A stretch of 64,000 nt of DNA from Heteronotia binoei (taxonomy: Eukaryota): the NCBI RefSeq assembly GCF_032191835.1, contig NC_083230.1, forward strand, positions 99,138,001 to 99,202,000, read 5' to 3'. The notes below the pieces were generated by a model that made no database searches, was not told where the DNA came from, and saw nothing but the letters and a program-made list of their open reading frames with translations. The translations under genes were made by a program, and so were the position numbers. Shown here in pieces: positions 1-13,099 of the stretch (position 1 is its first letter; every line of letters begins with the position of its first letter).

Positions 1-69
1 ACCAGGGCCAACCCTGCCTAGCTTCTGAGATCTGAGGAAATTGTGCTAGCCTGGGCTATCCAGGTCAGG
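1..69 (-). mobile_element. 5S rRNA-derived SINE head fragment, cut by the window edge
   Basis: ACCAGGGCCAACCCTGCCTAGCTTCTGAGATC resembles the reverse complement of the 5S rRNA internal region (ACCAGGCCCGACCCTGCTTAGCTTCCGAGATC). It is too diverged to be a 5S gene. Confidence 0.7.
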
Positions 70-177
70 ACATGTTTTACATGGGGAAAAAAGAATCTCG
101 CATTCGGTTCTAGGCTTCTCCAGTTTGAAAAATCTTGAGTAGCGGGTTTGGAAAAGCTGGCAGCTAGGCTCTTTTAG

Positions 178-802
178 GAACAACTTATACAACAACCGCA
201 AACAACTGTGGAAAATAACAAATAAATCCTGAAAATTACTTCAAAAATATAAATTATTCTTCAAACACTACAAAATTACATATCATTCCATATTATCAAT
301 AATTCATGAATATAAGGTTTAAAGTACAGAGAATAAATTTTCAAAAGTGCTTTCAGTTCATTATGCCAATTTCCAACTTGGGACGCTTGAAGACTATTCA
401 CACGACCCCGTGGGACAAATAAAGTGCCAGTGCCGACCGTATTCCTAATGCAGACGATTTTGATTTTCAAAAATATTTCTTCTGTTTCCAGGATCTTACT
501 TTAAACTTTCATCTTTTAAAGAAGCTTTATATACAGTGGGTAGTCATCAGCCTCTGACTGTAAAGCGGCCTGTAGTACAGTTTCAAGTTCCTTTGTCTAA
601 GAGGCGTATCCCACTTATCAGCACACACCGAAATACATTCCTGTAGCACTAGCTCTGGATTTTTATATTCATGAATTATTGATAATATGGAATTATATGT
701 AATTCTGTAGCATTTGAAGAATAATCATCTATATTTTTGAAGTAATTTCCGGATTTATTCGTTATTTTCCACAGTTGTTTGCGGTTGTTGTATAAGTTGT
801 TC
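178..802. mobile_element. Non-autonomous DNA transposon with about 140-bp terminal inverted repeats
   Basis: 178-315 (GAACAACTTATACAACAACCGCAAACAACTGTGGAAAATAAC...) is the near-perfect reverse complement of about 663-802. TAG flanks both ends (175-177, 803-805). No transposase-like ORF inside. Confidence 0.8.
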
Positions 803-1199
803 TAGCCTCTGGAACTCTAGACTTTATCAGGCTCTTTTAGTAAGCAGGACTGAACTAGATGGATCCATTATCTGATCTGACTCAGGGCTCCACTAAATGA
901 AACTCTGGGAGTTCCATGAAAGGAGTTCCATGAAAAGACTTTCTTCTCTAAAGTTCAGTTCTGATCAGAACCAGAGCTTGAGGGGGGGCGGCTTTAAACA
1001 TCCCCTCTCTGCAGTCATTCCAGTCTGAAATGATCCCAGTCTTTTCAGGCAAACATAAATTTTTATTTATTTATTTATTTATTTATTTATTTGGGATTTA
1101 TATCCCGCCCTTCCCACAAGTGGCTCAAGTGGCTTCCCACAAGTGGCCCTTCCCACAAGTGGCTAAAGACAAATTTCCATATGAGTAAGTTTACCAGCT

Positions 1200-1900
1200 C
1201 TGGGAAATTCCTGGAGATTTTGTGGGTGGAGCCTGGGGAGGGAAGGGTTGGGAAGGGGAGGGACCTCAACAAAATATCATGCAGTAGAGTCCACCTTCCA
1301 AAGCAGCAATTTTCTTTGGGGGAACTGTTCTCTGTAGCCTGGAAATCAGTAATTCCAGGAGATTCTGTAGCCTGAAGATCAATTGTAATCCCAACCTTAA
1401 GACTGGCAACCCTAATAGAAAGTGGTTGGAAAGGGGGATGGTCTTCAGCAGGGGATACTTTATTTAAAAAGATTTATACCTCCAAGCTGCATTTGTCTCA
1501 AGGGGTGCTGATCTCTGTAGTCTGGAGACCAGTTGCAATTCCAGTTGGGCTGCCAACCCCCCAAGTCCAGGTGGGGGATTCTGCGCCCAGACCGGGGGCT
1601 TAGCAGCCCTACTGGAATTGCAACTATCTCCTGACTACAGAGATTGAGCCAGTGGGGGGATCCTCCCCTGACGTCACCGGCACAATTACATCACAATAGG
1701 TACCATAGAGTTTTCCCCTCCCAAATGGCTAGATCATCCAGGGAAACCATAGAGTTTTCCCAGAAATGCCTAGAATGGCTGCCACGCAATATCACTGGTG
1801 CAATGACGTTACTCACAGGTAAGTCCCCTGCCAGAGGTTCTGAGAGACTTGTCAACCCTAAATTCCAGGCAGTCTGTAGACCTCACCTGGAGATCAGCAA
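1200..1900. mobile_element. Cluster of hAT-type MITE fragments (TAGGGTTGCCA/TGGCAACCCTA family)
   Basis: TGGCAACCCTA terminus near 1403-1413, plus internal motifs (GGAGATTTTGGGGGTGGAGCC-like, GATCTCTGTAGTCTGGAGA) shared with the TSD-bearing copies at 20836 and 50729. Confidence 0.65.
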
Positions 1901-2006
1901 CCTTAGCTGTTAATGTCTGTCTCTTCACCCAAAGAACAAATGGTGGCTCCCCATGATCATTTTAGGTCATAAATATGGCTCTGGGGAAGGCTGAAATTCA
2001 TCCTCT

Positions 2007-2180
2007 CTGGGGCTTTTTTGTAGCAGGAATTCCTTTGCATATTAGGCCACACACCCCTGATGATGCCAATATCTTACAGGGCTCTTCTTACAGGACCTAC
2101 TGTAAACTTTTGGAGGATTGGCTACATCAGGGGTGTGTGGCCTAATATGCAAAGGCGTTCCTGCTACATAAAAAGTCCTG
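2007..2180. mobile_element. Palindromic hAT-type MITE (CAGGGCTTTTTTTGTAGCAGG family)
   Basis: Self-complementary element of about 175 bp, same family as the copies at 4175, 34205 and 47158. Confidence 0.8.
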
Positions 2181-4174
2181 ATTCCTCTCACTTCATGCTG
2201 TAATCTTGATTGAAGATTTAGTGCCTCTGAATGTGGAGATTTCACTCAGTCACCATGGCATGTGTACAGAGAAGAAGGGTACCCTATCTTCTCCTCAGCC
2301 ATGCAAATAGATCACCACCCAGGAAAGGTGCTTTTGTAAATATGCATAGTAGTCAAGTGCACAGTTACATGTGTGTAATTACAACAGGATAACAGGTTCT
2401 TAACCATAGATAAGAATGTACAGAATTGCAGCCTAAACCCCTGATCCATTCCTTCAGGGATATCTAGGATGACTACAGGGCTCACACAGACATTGAAATG
2501 AGCAGTCACCTCCATTTACTTTTACTAGAGAATGTTTCACATACGGAGCATTTAATAAGCAGAGCATGGCAATTCTTGGCTGTACTGACTTCCGTGTGCA
2601 CATCAGAATTCCACAGTGCTCTGGACAGGAACTGAAGGGTACAGTCCTCTTTCACGTGGATAATCCTAGTCCATTTAAATGGGACTGGAGGCCAGTACAC
2701 ACACAGCAGAGTAGCATAGTTTATTCATGTAGTACAGTGTAAAATCAGGCCAAGGGCTCATACATCCTCTCTCACTATACAATTTGTAATTAAGAGAGGC
2801 CCACATGTAGTGATACAAACAGGATCTCTTGGCATAAACTCTCAGTTCTTATCACAGGTTATACACAGTGGGAAGAGTGCACGAAGCCACCTTCATTCCA
2901 GTGTCCAACCATGAAGGGAGCCAATAAGCTATGTAAAAACTGGCACTTTTTATATATATCTAGGATTGCAATCTATGGTGTTTATAGTGGCTCTTGTTCT
3001 TTTATGAGAATCAACATAGATTGTTTTTCGGTGTGTTTCCAAAGTGTTAAAGACAACTGAAAAGGAGATTATTGTCCGTGGGGTTTTCCTTTGGATTAAT
3101 TTTTGCTTCTGGTCAAACAGACTTGGTAGGTTTTTGAAGTGTTTAAAAGAAGCCTACAGAACCTGTTTAACAGAATTTGTGGTGAAACACAAGTCAAGTG
3201 TCCGCACTGTGCAGAAGGGATGCCTCTATCAAACCATTTTCTTACAAATTAGTGTCTATCTTCAGTCTTGCAGCACAATCCAAAGCAGAGCTGTACCATT
3301 CTAAACTGATAAATCAGTGAGCTTAGATGTGTGCAACTCTTTTTAGGATTGTACTGCTAAATGCCTATTTCCCCCCCCCCTCCAACTTTGGAAACAAAAT
3401 CTCCACTGTACTGTCATGGCTATTCAGTCAGTGATATGTTTCAAGAATGTAATTGTGGATATTTTTCAGAAAAGAATTCCCCACGCAGATGCAGTTTTCA
3501 AATAAGGGATCTCTCACTATAGAGAAATGCAAACAAATCAAGGGAAATTATTCAGCATGTTTCTGTATGCATTTGACAAGGTGCTTCAGAAACTATTTAA
3601 GCACCCTAACAAATGGACAAATAGGTTGATAGACTGTATGTTTTTAATCAGAATATTTTGGGGAGCAGTTGAAAATCTAAAAATTATTTTCTGAGGTGGA
3701 TGCATAATCTATGTGAAAGAAACAGGACCACAGTGCCCTGTCACTGTGCTAAATTTGCATTTATTTTTGGATTGCGGAAATTCTATTTGTGTATATATTT
3801 ACTGGCATGCTGAGAGACAGAAGTATCACCAAAACACAGAGCTGGCATCTCTGACATGCAGTGCCACTGTTATTTCCCTTCTTCCAGATGAGATGCCTTG
3901 GCTCCGTAGAATTTAAAAAATAGTTTTCATTCATTCGTTCATTTATTCCTTCATTCATTTTATTCATGTCTGCCTCTCTCTCTGAGACTTAAATTAGAAA
4001 ACAATGCAATAAACAACAGTGCAAGGCAACCAGTGACAAAAAAAACTGGATAAAAAAATCAGAAAAATGTACAATAAAAAAGATAATAATACACTAAACA
4101 GTGCAATCCATGACATCCCTATCCCCTTCATAAAAATGTCCACCTCACCAATTCCATTTTGCACATTCTATGGG

Positions 4175-4342
4175 CAGGGCTTTTTTTGAAGCAGGAATTC
4201 CTTTGCATATTAGGCCATGCCCCCCTAACATAGCCAATCCTCCAAGAACTTACAGGGCTTTTAGTACAGGGCCTACTGGATTGGCTACATCAGGGAGGTA
4301 TGGCCTAATATGCAAATGAGTTCCTGCTACATAAAAGCCCTT
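4175..4342. mobile_element. Palindromic hAT-type MITE with 8-bp TSD
   Basis: CAGGGCTTTTTTTGAAGCAGG...CCTGCTACATAAAAGCCCT with TSD TCTATGGG at 4167-4174 and 4343-4350. Confidence 0.85.
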
Positions 4343-5068
4343 TCTATGGGACAACAGAACCATGGGAGCCTTCCTGGTGGGAAACATAGCAGAGAGTGCT
4401 CAGGTACAGGCCGCTCTCACCTTTTGGCAGAGAGGCCCCTTCAGAAAGTTTGACTCATATGAGTGCTGCCATCACAGCCAGAGGGTTTCAGAAGAGGTGG
4501 TTCTTTAGCCATGGCTAGGAACTATTTTGATCCAGTTTGTGGCTGAACCACAAACCAAACCATGAACTAAATTGGGAGGCTTGTTCACCAGCTGAACTGG
4601 TTTGTGTGGTTCATGACCGTGCAAATTGAGGTCCCTTTCAACAGAATTGTATCCTTGAGAAAGCCTCAAAAACAGGATGCCTCAAAAACAGATGACTGTT
4701 TCAGGCTGTCTTGTGCAGTACTTGGACTGTCACTCCAATTGTCTAATTTGGCCATTTTAAAAATGGCTGGGGGGAGGCTGTTATGGATCAGGCTCACAGA
4801 GTATTTCTAGACTGTTTCCTGGACAAAATGTGCCCTTCAATTGCTTTTAACCCCAGGACAGGGGGGAAACGAATGCATGAAGAGGTTCCCTGCTGTTTTT
4901 TCCCCCCTACCAGGGCTTAAACAGACCACAGCAACCATTTTCAGTAAGAACAACAGTGCAGGCAAGGAACTAAACTTCTATTTTCCCAGCACCATATCTG
5001 CAGTTGACTTGCAACTGCTTTACAGGATCTAAATTATACCTTCAGGGTGGCCCATGAAAAGTAATTCA

Positions 5069-5069
<1 letters not shown>

Positions 5070-5101
<32 letters not shown>
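5070..5101. repeat. (CT)n microsatellite
   Basis: Direct read of the CT dinucleotide run. Confidence 0.95.
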
Positions 5102-5103
<2 letters not shown>

Positions 5104-5201
5104 TTTTGCTTGAGTAAAAATTTGAACTTGGGTAATTCCTGAAAATAGTGTGATACTTTGTCCACCACACCACATGGGATATCAATAAATGCTTCTTGTA
5201 G

Positions 5202-5501
5202 TAAGAACATAAAAAGAGCCCTACTGGATCAGACCAATGCTCCTTCTGGTCCAGCATCCTGTCTCACACAGTGGCACAATTCCTCTGGAGGGTCAACAAA
5301 AGGGAAGAGAGGCCGAGGCCCTCCTCTTATGTTGCCTCCTGGCTCTGGGTCTGTCTAAACATGGAGGTTCCCTTTAGTCACCATGGCTAGTAGCCACTGA
5401 TAGGTCAATCCTCCATGAATCTGCCTGATCTCATTTTAGAGCCATCTATGCCTGTGGCCATCACTACATCCTCGGGCAGTGAATTCCACATTTTAATTAC
5501 C
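5202..5501 (-). mobile_element. CR1 LINE 3' end, old and 5'-truncated
   Basis: TAAGAACATAAAAAGAGCCCTACTGGATCAGACC... and GGCAGTGAATTCCACA parallel the 3' end of the CR1 copy at 23.7 kb. Confidence 0.75.
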
Positions 5502-6783
5502 ATTGCCAATACATGCTCAGTTGGGCTAAACATGGGGGGAAGGGCTTTCTAAAACCATTTCCCCTAAGGACAACCTTAATTTGAATAAGGATTTTCTATG
5601 CTCCATGTGACACTGAAACCTAGCCTTAATCACATCTGGAAGGAGTCAGGTCCTGTTAACATGTAAGAAGATACACAAATATCAGTTCCATAATGAAAAA
5701 GGATTAAATTATCAGCAATCAAGAACAAATATCTGTTTTGCACAGTGCCTTCTTTTTGTTTTAAATTTTGATAACTGGAGGGCTGGCGCATACACAGATG
5801 ACAATACAACATTAGTGGGAGAAGCCACACAATGACTATGTCCAAATAATATAAACTGTGACTTAAATTACTGTGGAACCTAATACATACAGTTTATTAT
5901 CAACAATTAGAAAATATATCCATACAATATCCACACACTCAATAATACATAAATAATAATTCCTCCAAAAAAGTTTGATAGTCCATTGAAGACAATGCTC
6001 CTGATAAAGTTGATATGTCGATGTTTATGCAGTGCCAGCTCAAATTTCCATTAATCCCCTGAAGTATTAAATATGTTGCTACAGGACTGCTGACTTCCTT
6101 TTCCTGTTTCAAATATTTTGTCAGGCATGGGACTATTAAAAAGATTCAGATAAGTCAATAAAGACATAGACTTGAAAACATATTCCTGTTGGGACCACCG
6201 GTCTCCAAAAGATTCTCCAATAGGCAATTGCTTAACAGGCTCAAGGCCATATATAGATGAGGCATGATATTGTATGGGAGAACAACAGCAGTGACATTTA
6301 AATTTGATTTTCCTAGTGCCTCTCTGCTTACAACATTTTGTATAAACTGTTGTTTACATATGCTTGAGGTGATCTGAGCCTATTAATTTCTTTTTTTGTT
6401 CCCTATGTTGTCATTGTCAAATTTCAGTTCATCAGATTTTTATGACTGTCATTGATGAAACTTCTGCTTCTTTTGCACCTTTTTTATGCCATCTATGTGC
6501 CACTGATGCCAAATGAATGTTGAAAAATAAATGAATATGAATGAAAAACATTCAACCCAAGAAATGAGTCCAAAAGTAAGAATTCTTGGGTTCATTTGAG
6601 GAGAAACTAAATTGAAATGGGGAGATATAAACTTGCACCAGCCAACTTTGAAATTCAGTCTCATTCCTAGAGTGCCATTTAAAAAAAAAAAGATGTGTAG
6701 ATTATATATCCAAGGTATTCTCATGTATGAATGCAAAGTCTGCAGGCCACAAAAAAAGGCATTCTTGTGTAGATCCGACAGTT

Positions 6784-7030
6784 AGGGTAGCCATCCTCCA
6801 GGTGGGGCTGGAGATCTCCAAGAATTACAATTGATCTCCATAGATCACTTATTTGCTTATTATTTATTCACTTAAAAACATTTATTCCACTTCTGGAGAA
6901 AATGGCTGCTTTGAAAGGTGGACTGTATGGCTTATATCCTACTGACTTCTCTCCCCCTCCTAACCCACACGCTCCTAGGCTCCACCCTCAAAAATCCGGC
7001 TGTTTCCAAACCTGAAGCTGACAACCGTAA
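6784..7030. mobile_element. hAT-type MITE (TAGGGT(T/A)GCCA family), diverged
   Basis: Starts TAGGGTAGCCATCCTCCAGGTGG, with the family-typical AAAATGGCTGCTTTGAAAGGTGGACTGTATGG core. Confidence 0.6.
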
Positions 7031-7894
7031 TCCAACTAGAAGAAATAATAATGAGTGTTGCGTGACTATTTCCAGATGCTGAAACACTTGATTCAGGAAC
7101 ACTAACTCTCCATTAAATAGTCTTCAGTACTACCACCAATCCATTTGGGAGACAGGAAATGGAAGGCTGGATTTATTCTACCCCCAGTCCAGGCTACATT
7201 ACCTACACTACTTTTTCACTTTGCTTATGCAACTACCAGTGCCATTCTGAACAGACATGTGCTCTTCTAAGCCCATTGACATCAATGGACTTAGATGTGT
7301 ATAGCTCTGTTTAGGATTGCACTATGTGACAATCCTATCTGCGCTTACTTTGCAGTGAGTCTCATGATGAGAAAATGTTTAGTGGATCAGGCTGCTAAAA
7401 TAGTTATAGTGTCAAAATTCTGCAAGAAATTGAGCGCTCTCTATTTGGGAAGCCTTTTCCCAACTAAGAAACTTCACTGCATCTGGTTCTACTAGCTAAT
7501 GATAATAATAACAATGATATTAATGATAAATTATTAATGATTAATAATAAATTAATGATAAATTATTCATAGTAAAATAGCAGAAAACACACAGATAAAT
7601 ACTGTAATTCAAAGAATAATTTAAGGACAGCACAGCACAAAGTGTTTACTCAGTTTTGAACAATAGTACACAGTGCACACGGTGGTAAGGAACTGTTAAC
7701 AATACCAACAGTCTTTCCGCTAATGTAAAAACTGTAATATCGTTTTGAAATGACAGCTTTTAATGTCTCTTTGCAATTGTGCTTTCTCTGTTTGCAATAG
7801 TTGGTCTCATGTTAAATTGAAAGAAATCTGTTTTTTTACAAAGTATTTTTGAAAAAATGGATGGCTTATCATACCTCTCTTTCTTTGGAACCAG

Positions 7895-10800
7895 GGAAAC
7901 AATGAATGTGACGTGAAAGGCCATATACTGGGCATTTATTTATTTATTTATTTAAATGCAATGGTTCTCTTATTGCATTAATGAGGATGCTGAAAAAGCA
8001 TAATCCAGTTTGAGTGTTGCAAGAGTTTGGTTGATTTGCCAGGACAAGGCAACACAGTGTTGAAATTTGCTAGCATGGTTTGTGCGTGTGTGTTTGCAAG
8101 CAGTATGCTCAAAGAAGCATGGATTTGAACATGTCTCTAGGAGGTATGTTTAATATCGACATTCCAGATTTACAGATGCTGCTCCTGTGCAGTACTCATT
8201 CACTGAACAGAGCTCAGGACATTCTCCTGTGAAAGCACTGCGGAAACGAAAGGCAGGTTGCCGAGGAAAGGATCACAGATTATGTGGTCAAAATGATGAC
8301 ACAAAGGCATGCACGGGGCTGGTGACCCATGACCATTTTAATACAGGAAGTGCTTCTGCAAACTCAATGAGATGTGCATCTAGGCTGACCACCTCTGTTT
8401 GAGTGACTGGGAAGCTACAAAGGGTAGGGGAACTCTATGGATGGAAATATACTGATGGCAGCCAGTCCACGCCTGGGAACTCTGTTTGCTGCTTCCCCAT
8501 TGCAAAGTGGCAAGGTGTGGGTCTGTAATTTTCTACAGACAAACACGTGGCAGAAGGGTATACTTATCTTTTCCCCTGCCACCCTGCCTCCAACTGCTGT
8601 CTTCACTTGATGTACAAAGCTTAGGACTCTTGCTGGCAGTTGGGTTAGAGAATGTGGAAGGGGAAAGTATCTGGTAAAGGAAAGGTTAAATGCATACACA
8701 CGTGCCCATCATCCTCTTCTCCATTGAAACAGCCATCCCATCTTGCTCTGTCATAACAGAGAAGTGACAAGGAGAGGTTCTCAACTGTGTTCACTTGCAT
8801 CAGTATTGTTCCGCGATGTGCATGCATCAGTACTTCCTCATCTGCGGAAGAACTGGCTGAACCAGATTTGTGCCTCTAACCTCCAACGCATGCAATATTT
8901 TTTTTTTTTTAAATCATTCATGCTATGATGGTGAGTGCTCAACCAGAAACATTGGCCTTGGTTGCCTGAAACAATAAAGAAATGTGTAGGATTGTCGTAG
9001 CCTGATGTTGAACTCTGGTGTGTTGTATGTTATGAAACATTGTTCTCCCTGTAATCAGTAGATGTTGTTACAGGGACTTGTTTGCACTGAAGATTGTGGG
9101 AGTGTCTGTCCTAAAAGTAAGCACTGACAGAGCCCTGCCTTGCACATGTAGTAGAAAGCACTTATATTCAATATCTATATATTTTTACAAAAAAATGAAG
9201 AAACAATTTTTTTTGATAATGATGAAAGAATAAAGTCTATTTCTTGTTTTACAAAAAAAAAAAGAAAGCTATTTCTTAGAAATTCTACTATTTTCTTCTT
9301 CCAAATTTTTTGCCAACCTTTGTCCACCTCTTCTATGCCAGTAGAAACAGTAATGGATCGACACATAGCATATTGGCCCTGAAAATGCACGAATAATTTC
9401 CTAGTAGTGCACATGGGGAAAGGTTGGTATGGTCCAGGTTGGTATCACAGATAGCGCTGTCATTCAGGGCCCCATGTTTGGGGAAGGGCAAGGCTACTGT
9501 GCAACCACCAGGGCTATAGCCTACCCGTCCCCTTCTCTCGGCTGTGACATAAGGTCTCTCTGGCCTGCCCACCCTTCCTTTCTCCTTTGGTATAAACACT
9601 ACATCCACCACAAGAACAAGTACTTAGTTAGTTTAAAGGTGACCTAGTTCTGTCTATGTTCACAAAAAAAACTCCATCACACAAACATTTAGGTGTGTCA
9701 TAACCACCATTATATTCTTCAGAGGAGAAGCCAGAGAAGTAGATAACGAAATTTTATTGTCCAAACAGGTTGTACCATCATTGTATATCAGCTACAAGAT
9801 TACAAGTTTTCCTAGTGAATCTACCTTTTATAGAACTGGTTAGAAGGGAAGTGCTTGTAGCTACAGACAACAGCCAAACTGATTTCTCTCCACTTAGTTA
9901 CACAGGGCAGTGAGTGTAGCTTAGTACCAATTTTTAAGTATACCTACTACATTTTTCTTATTTCTGAAATCAAATTCGGGGAATCTACTCATGGGACTGA
10001 GGTGGACAAAGTCTGGCTTTTGATATTACATTGTATTCACTGAATACTATTTTGGTTAAATGCACAGAAAAAAATATATAGAATATATATGCTTATTTTT
10101 TGCAAATTGATTTGTAAGGATTAACAATACGAAAAGGCAAAATCCAAGCAGGGATATCTGGCTGCGGGAAACCTTTAAGGTTGAAAGATCTACTAATACA
10201 CTTTTTATTCAGTCTTTAAATTGTTACAAAAATTGCCACATTACAAATTAAAGCCTGATACAATGCCCACTGTAGATTGTGGAACGAGTTGTCCTCACAG
10301 TCAGCAGTAAAGATCTTTTCAGTGGATTTACAAAATATTTGGATTGCCATTTTCTACCACTAAAGTCAATGGCCAATTTTTAAGTTTTCCATGGGACTCC
10401 ATATGTGGCCTAATGGAAGTTCCTTGTGGGAAAAGAAAAACTAGCATACATCTCCTGCATGGGTACACATGTTGTGGGAATCATTCTCTTCCCCTTGGCG
10501 AACCAAAGGTTAGCACATTGTCTGAACATTCACAACTGTTTTAATTGAATTTGGGATTGGCAACACCCACAGTGGTTTTAGCATCCAGAACTTTTGTAGG
10601 GGCAATTTGCTATCAGGCTCTAAACAGTCAAACCTTAACTAAGCTGCCTATCTACGGAATAACCTAAGTCACAAGGCCAAGTCAAAGTAGCCTCTGACAA
10701 GCTGTATTGTTCTTCAAACCTTCCTAGTATGTGCTATTTGATGTTGGCTGAATGGGATCTCTTTTGGTACCCTTTAATCAGTATTAATTCTGTGACTTTT

Positions 10801-11270
10801 TTCAAGGCAGCTTGTGATTTGGTACTTAGCCACTGTTCATGTTGCTATCTTCAGCTTCTGCATTCGATAGACAGATTTTCAGAAAGCACACACTTTTCCT
10901 CCCAACACCTGTCCCTGGCTTTTCGTATGTGCTGCTAAACAGCAATTTGTGGAAACTCGAGAATATATTATTGTTATTAACAATATAGTAAATGTTTTTG
11001 TTTCTGTTTTGCACTAGCCTTTAAGAAATGTATAACACGTTTCTGTATTTTTACAATATATCATCTAGAAAGTGTGAAAAATCTATTTGTCAGCTGAGAG
11101 GAAACAAACAAATATGTAATGACAACACCTCAAAGATACATTACGAAGTGTACAGTTTGTGATAATTTTATATATAAAAGGCAAAACCAAGAAATATTTG
11201 ATATAATTTTATTCCATTTGTTTCATATGTATTTTGAACAAGAAATAAAAGTGATCTAAAATGACGTACA
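7895..11270 (+). other. Candidate terminal exon and about 3.4-kb 3' UTR of an unidentified host gene
   Basis: About 4 kb with no repeat I recognise, in a repeat-dense window. Pyrimidine tract plus CAG acceptor ends at 7894. AATAAA at 8973, 9229 and 11244, the last followed by U/GU-rich sequence. 8-mer miRNA seed matches for miR-148/152 (9083), miR-302/430 (9157), miR-200b/c (10779), miR-15/16 (10930) and miR-130/301 (11009). The gene was not recognised. Confidence 0.6.
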
Positions 11271-11384
11271 TTGTCTTCAAGTCTTTTTCAGGTTTGACTT
11301 CAGCAATTGGAAAAGGCTGGAATGGAAACCTCTATCATCTTTGAAGACCATATGAAAGCCTAGATGGGGAGGGGGTGGGGGGTG

Positions 11385-11560
11385 GGTGTAAGTAAAGTAC
11401 CATCAGGTCATTGCCAACTCATGGTGACCCAGCAAGAGCCATTCAAGGCAAGTGAGAAACAGAGGTGCTTGGCCATTGCCTTTCTTAGTAAAGTCTTCCT
11501 TGGAGGTCTCTCTTTCAAGTACCAGCTTTGCTTAGCTTCTGAGACTAGGCTCTACCATGT
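11385..11560 (-). mobile_element. 5S-headed SINE with Sauria-like tail
   Basis: Degenerate 5S reverse complement (GGAGGTCTCTCTTTCAAGTACCAGCTTTGCTTAGCTTCTGAGA) joined to a GGCCATTGCCTT Sauria-type body. Confidence 0.6.
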
Positions 11561-11879
11561 TGTCCTCCCTCCCTAGATAGATAGTCAAAACTAATACATC
11601 CATCTTCGTACATGAGTGATTACTGAGCTTCTAGTCTGTCTGTAGGGCACTGTTGTGCATGCTGTTTTAATTGTGCAGTTGTTATTGTTATCTTGTGGTT
11701 ATGAATGTGTAGTTTATTGTTATCCGCTCTGATTGCAGGAGAGAGCAGGATATAAGTCATTTCAGTCGATAAAAACAAAGTTTGCTTGGCCTCCACAAGA
11801 CAGAATGGTCCTTAAATTGAAACACACATGATCAAAAGAATGCAGAATATTGAACTTCCTCAAAATAATACTAAGTCAC

Positions 11880-12255
11880 TATGATAAAGTGGTAAGGATG
11901 TTGGACTAGCATCTAGGAGACCCAGGTTCAAATAACTACTCAGTTACAAAGTTTTCTGGGTGACCTCGTGTCAATTACTCTCTGTCAGTGTAATTTATCA
12001 CCAGAGTTCCCTCTAAGCTGAGTCAGTGTGAGCCAGCTCAGTTTTTTAGCCTCCAGCTCACACATTTTTGTCTTAGCTCAGGGAAAATGGCCTCAGAGCA
12101 AGCTAATTGATGAAGTAGTTCACAAATTTAATCCCAGTAGCTCACAAAGTAATATTTTTGTTTGCAAGATGCCACAGCTTAGAGGGAACACTGCTTATCA
12201 CTCTGGGTTATTGTAAGGATGAAAACAGGGAGCACCTCAAAACGTCTTTGAGGAA
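11880..12255 (+). mobile_element. Old MIR/Squam3-like CORE SINE interrupted by a MITE
   Basis: tRNA-like head (GTGGTAAGGATGTTGGACTAG...CCCAGGTTCAAAT), CORE (CTGGGTGACCT), and the continuation GGGTTATTGTAAGGATGAAAA after the MITE. Confidence 0.65.
12002..12193. mobile_element. hAT-type MITE
   Basis: TIRs CAGAGTTCCCTCTAAGCTG / CAGCTTAGAGGGAACACTG, with 8-bp TSD TTTATCAC / CTTATCAC (7 of 8). Confidence 0.85.
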
Positions 12256-13099
12256 GGGTAGCATGAAAATGCATTTGGCTGCTTCAACCCATTTTCATCT
12301 CTCTCTCCCCCCCCCCACCTCACTACCAACACAGACATTGATTAAAAACATCACAAAAGAAAAAGAAGCCTATGATTTGACTGCACATTCAGTTGCATCA
12401 ACATTCGATTGGATCAGTCTTTCATTTATGTGCATAACTATATGCACAAACATATCAGAAATGGATTGGTTGGTTTGTTGCAGCATTTTGTCAATGTGCA
12501 TGCACACAATAGCAATAGAGACATAGGCAGAGGAACAAAATAAAAACTGCAGCAAGCAGGGTATGCATAGCCCTTTGTATAAAGTTTGGAAATAAACTTA
12601 GAACACTGGAAAGATTCCAAATGCACCTATTCCTGTTCAGAAATAAGACAAAGTAACTGGGACCAAAATCCAGGCAGAAACCTGGAGAGAAGAGTTTTAG
12701 AAGTATCCCTGAAAGTGCAGCGGACAGCAGAATAATAATAATAATAATAACAACAACAATAATTCTGACTGATTCTGACTGTGAGAAAACATTGTATCTA
12801 CTCCCCCCACTGTTTCCTTAGCTTTTGATTGAACAGGTTTTCAGCGGTGGCAGTTCACGGATTAGTCTGAAAGTAGTCTGGTGCTGAATGATGAGTGGTT
12901 GATTAAATAAAAATGATTCCTGTGAATTTGTGAACCAGCTCTAAATGCTTTTTTGCACATGGAAGGCTCCTATCATTCAGGTAGACATTAATGGACAACA
13001 CTAATCTTAAAAGAAAAAAGTCCCATTTTTATATAGAGCTCTTTGTCATCACCTGTCCAAGAGACTGACAAAGTCTACCTCTGGTTACCTTCTGTAATG

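Noticed and set aside
6000-6330. Minus-strand open stretch faintly resembling a Penelope GIY-YIG C-terminus (EKEVSSPVAT..NTSG)
   Set aside because: It needs a frameshift, and the GIY/YIG motifs are not visible. Too weak to call without a profile search.
8176-8402. 75-codon open frame (DAAPVQYSF...LRKRKAG...) as a coding exon
   Set aside because: No recognisable homology, a weak acceptor, and it lies inside the putative 3' UTR.
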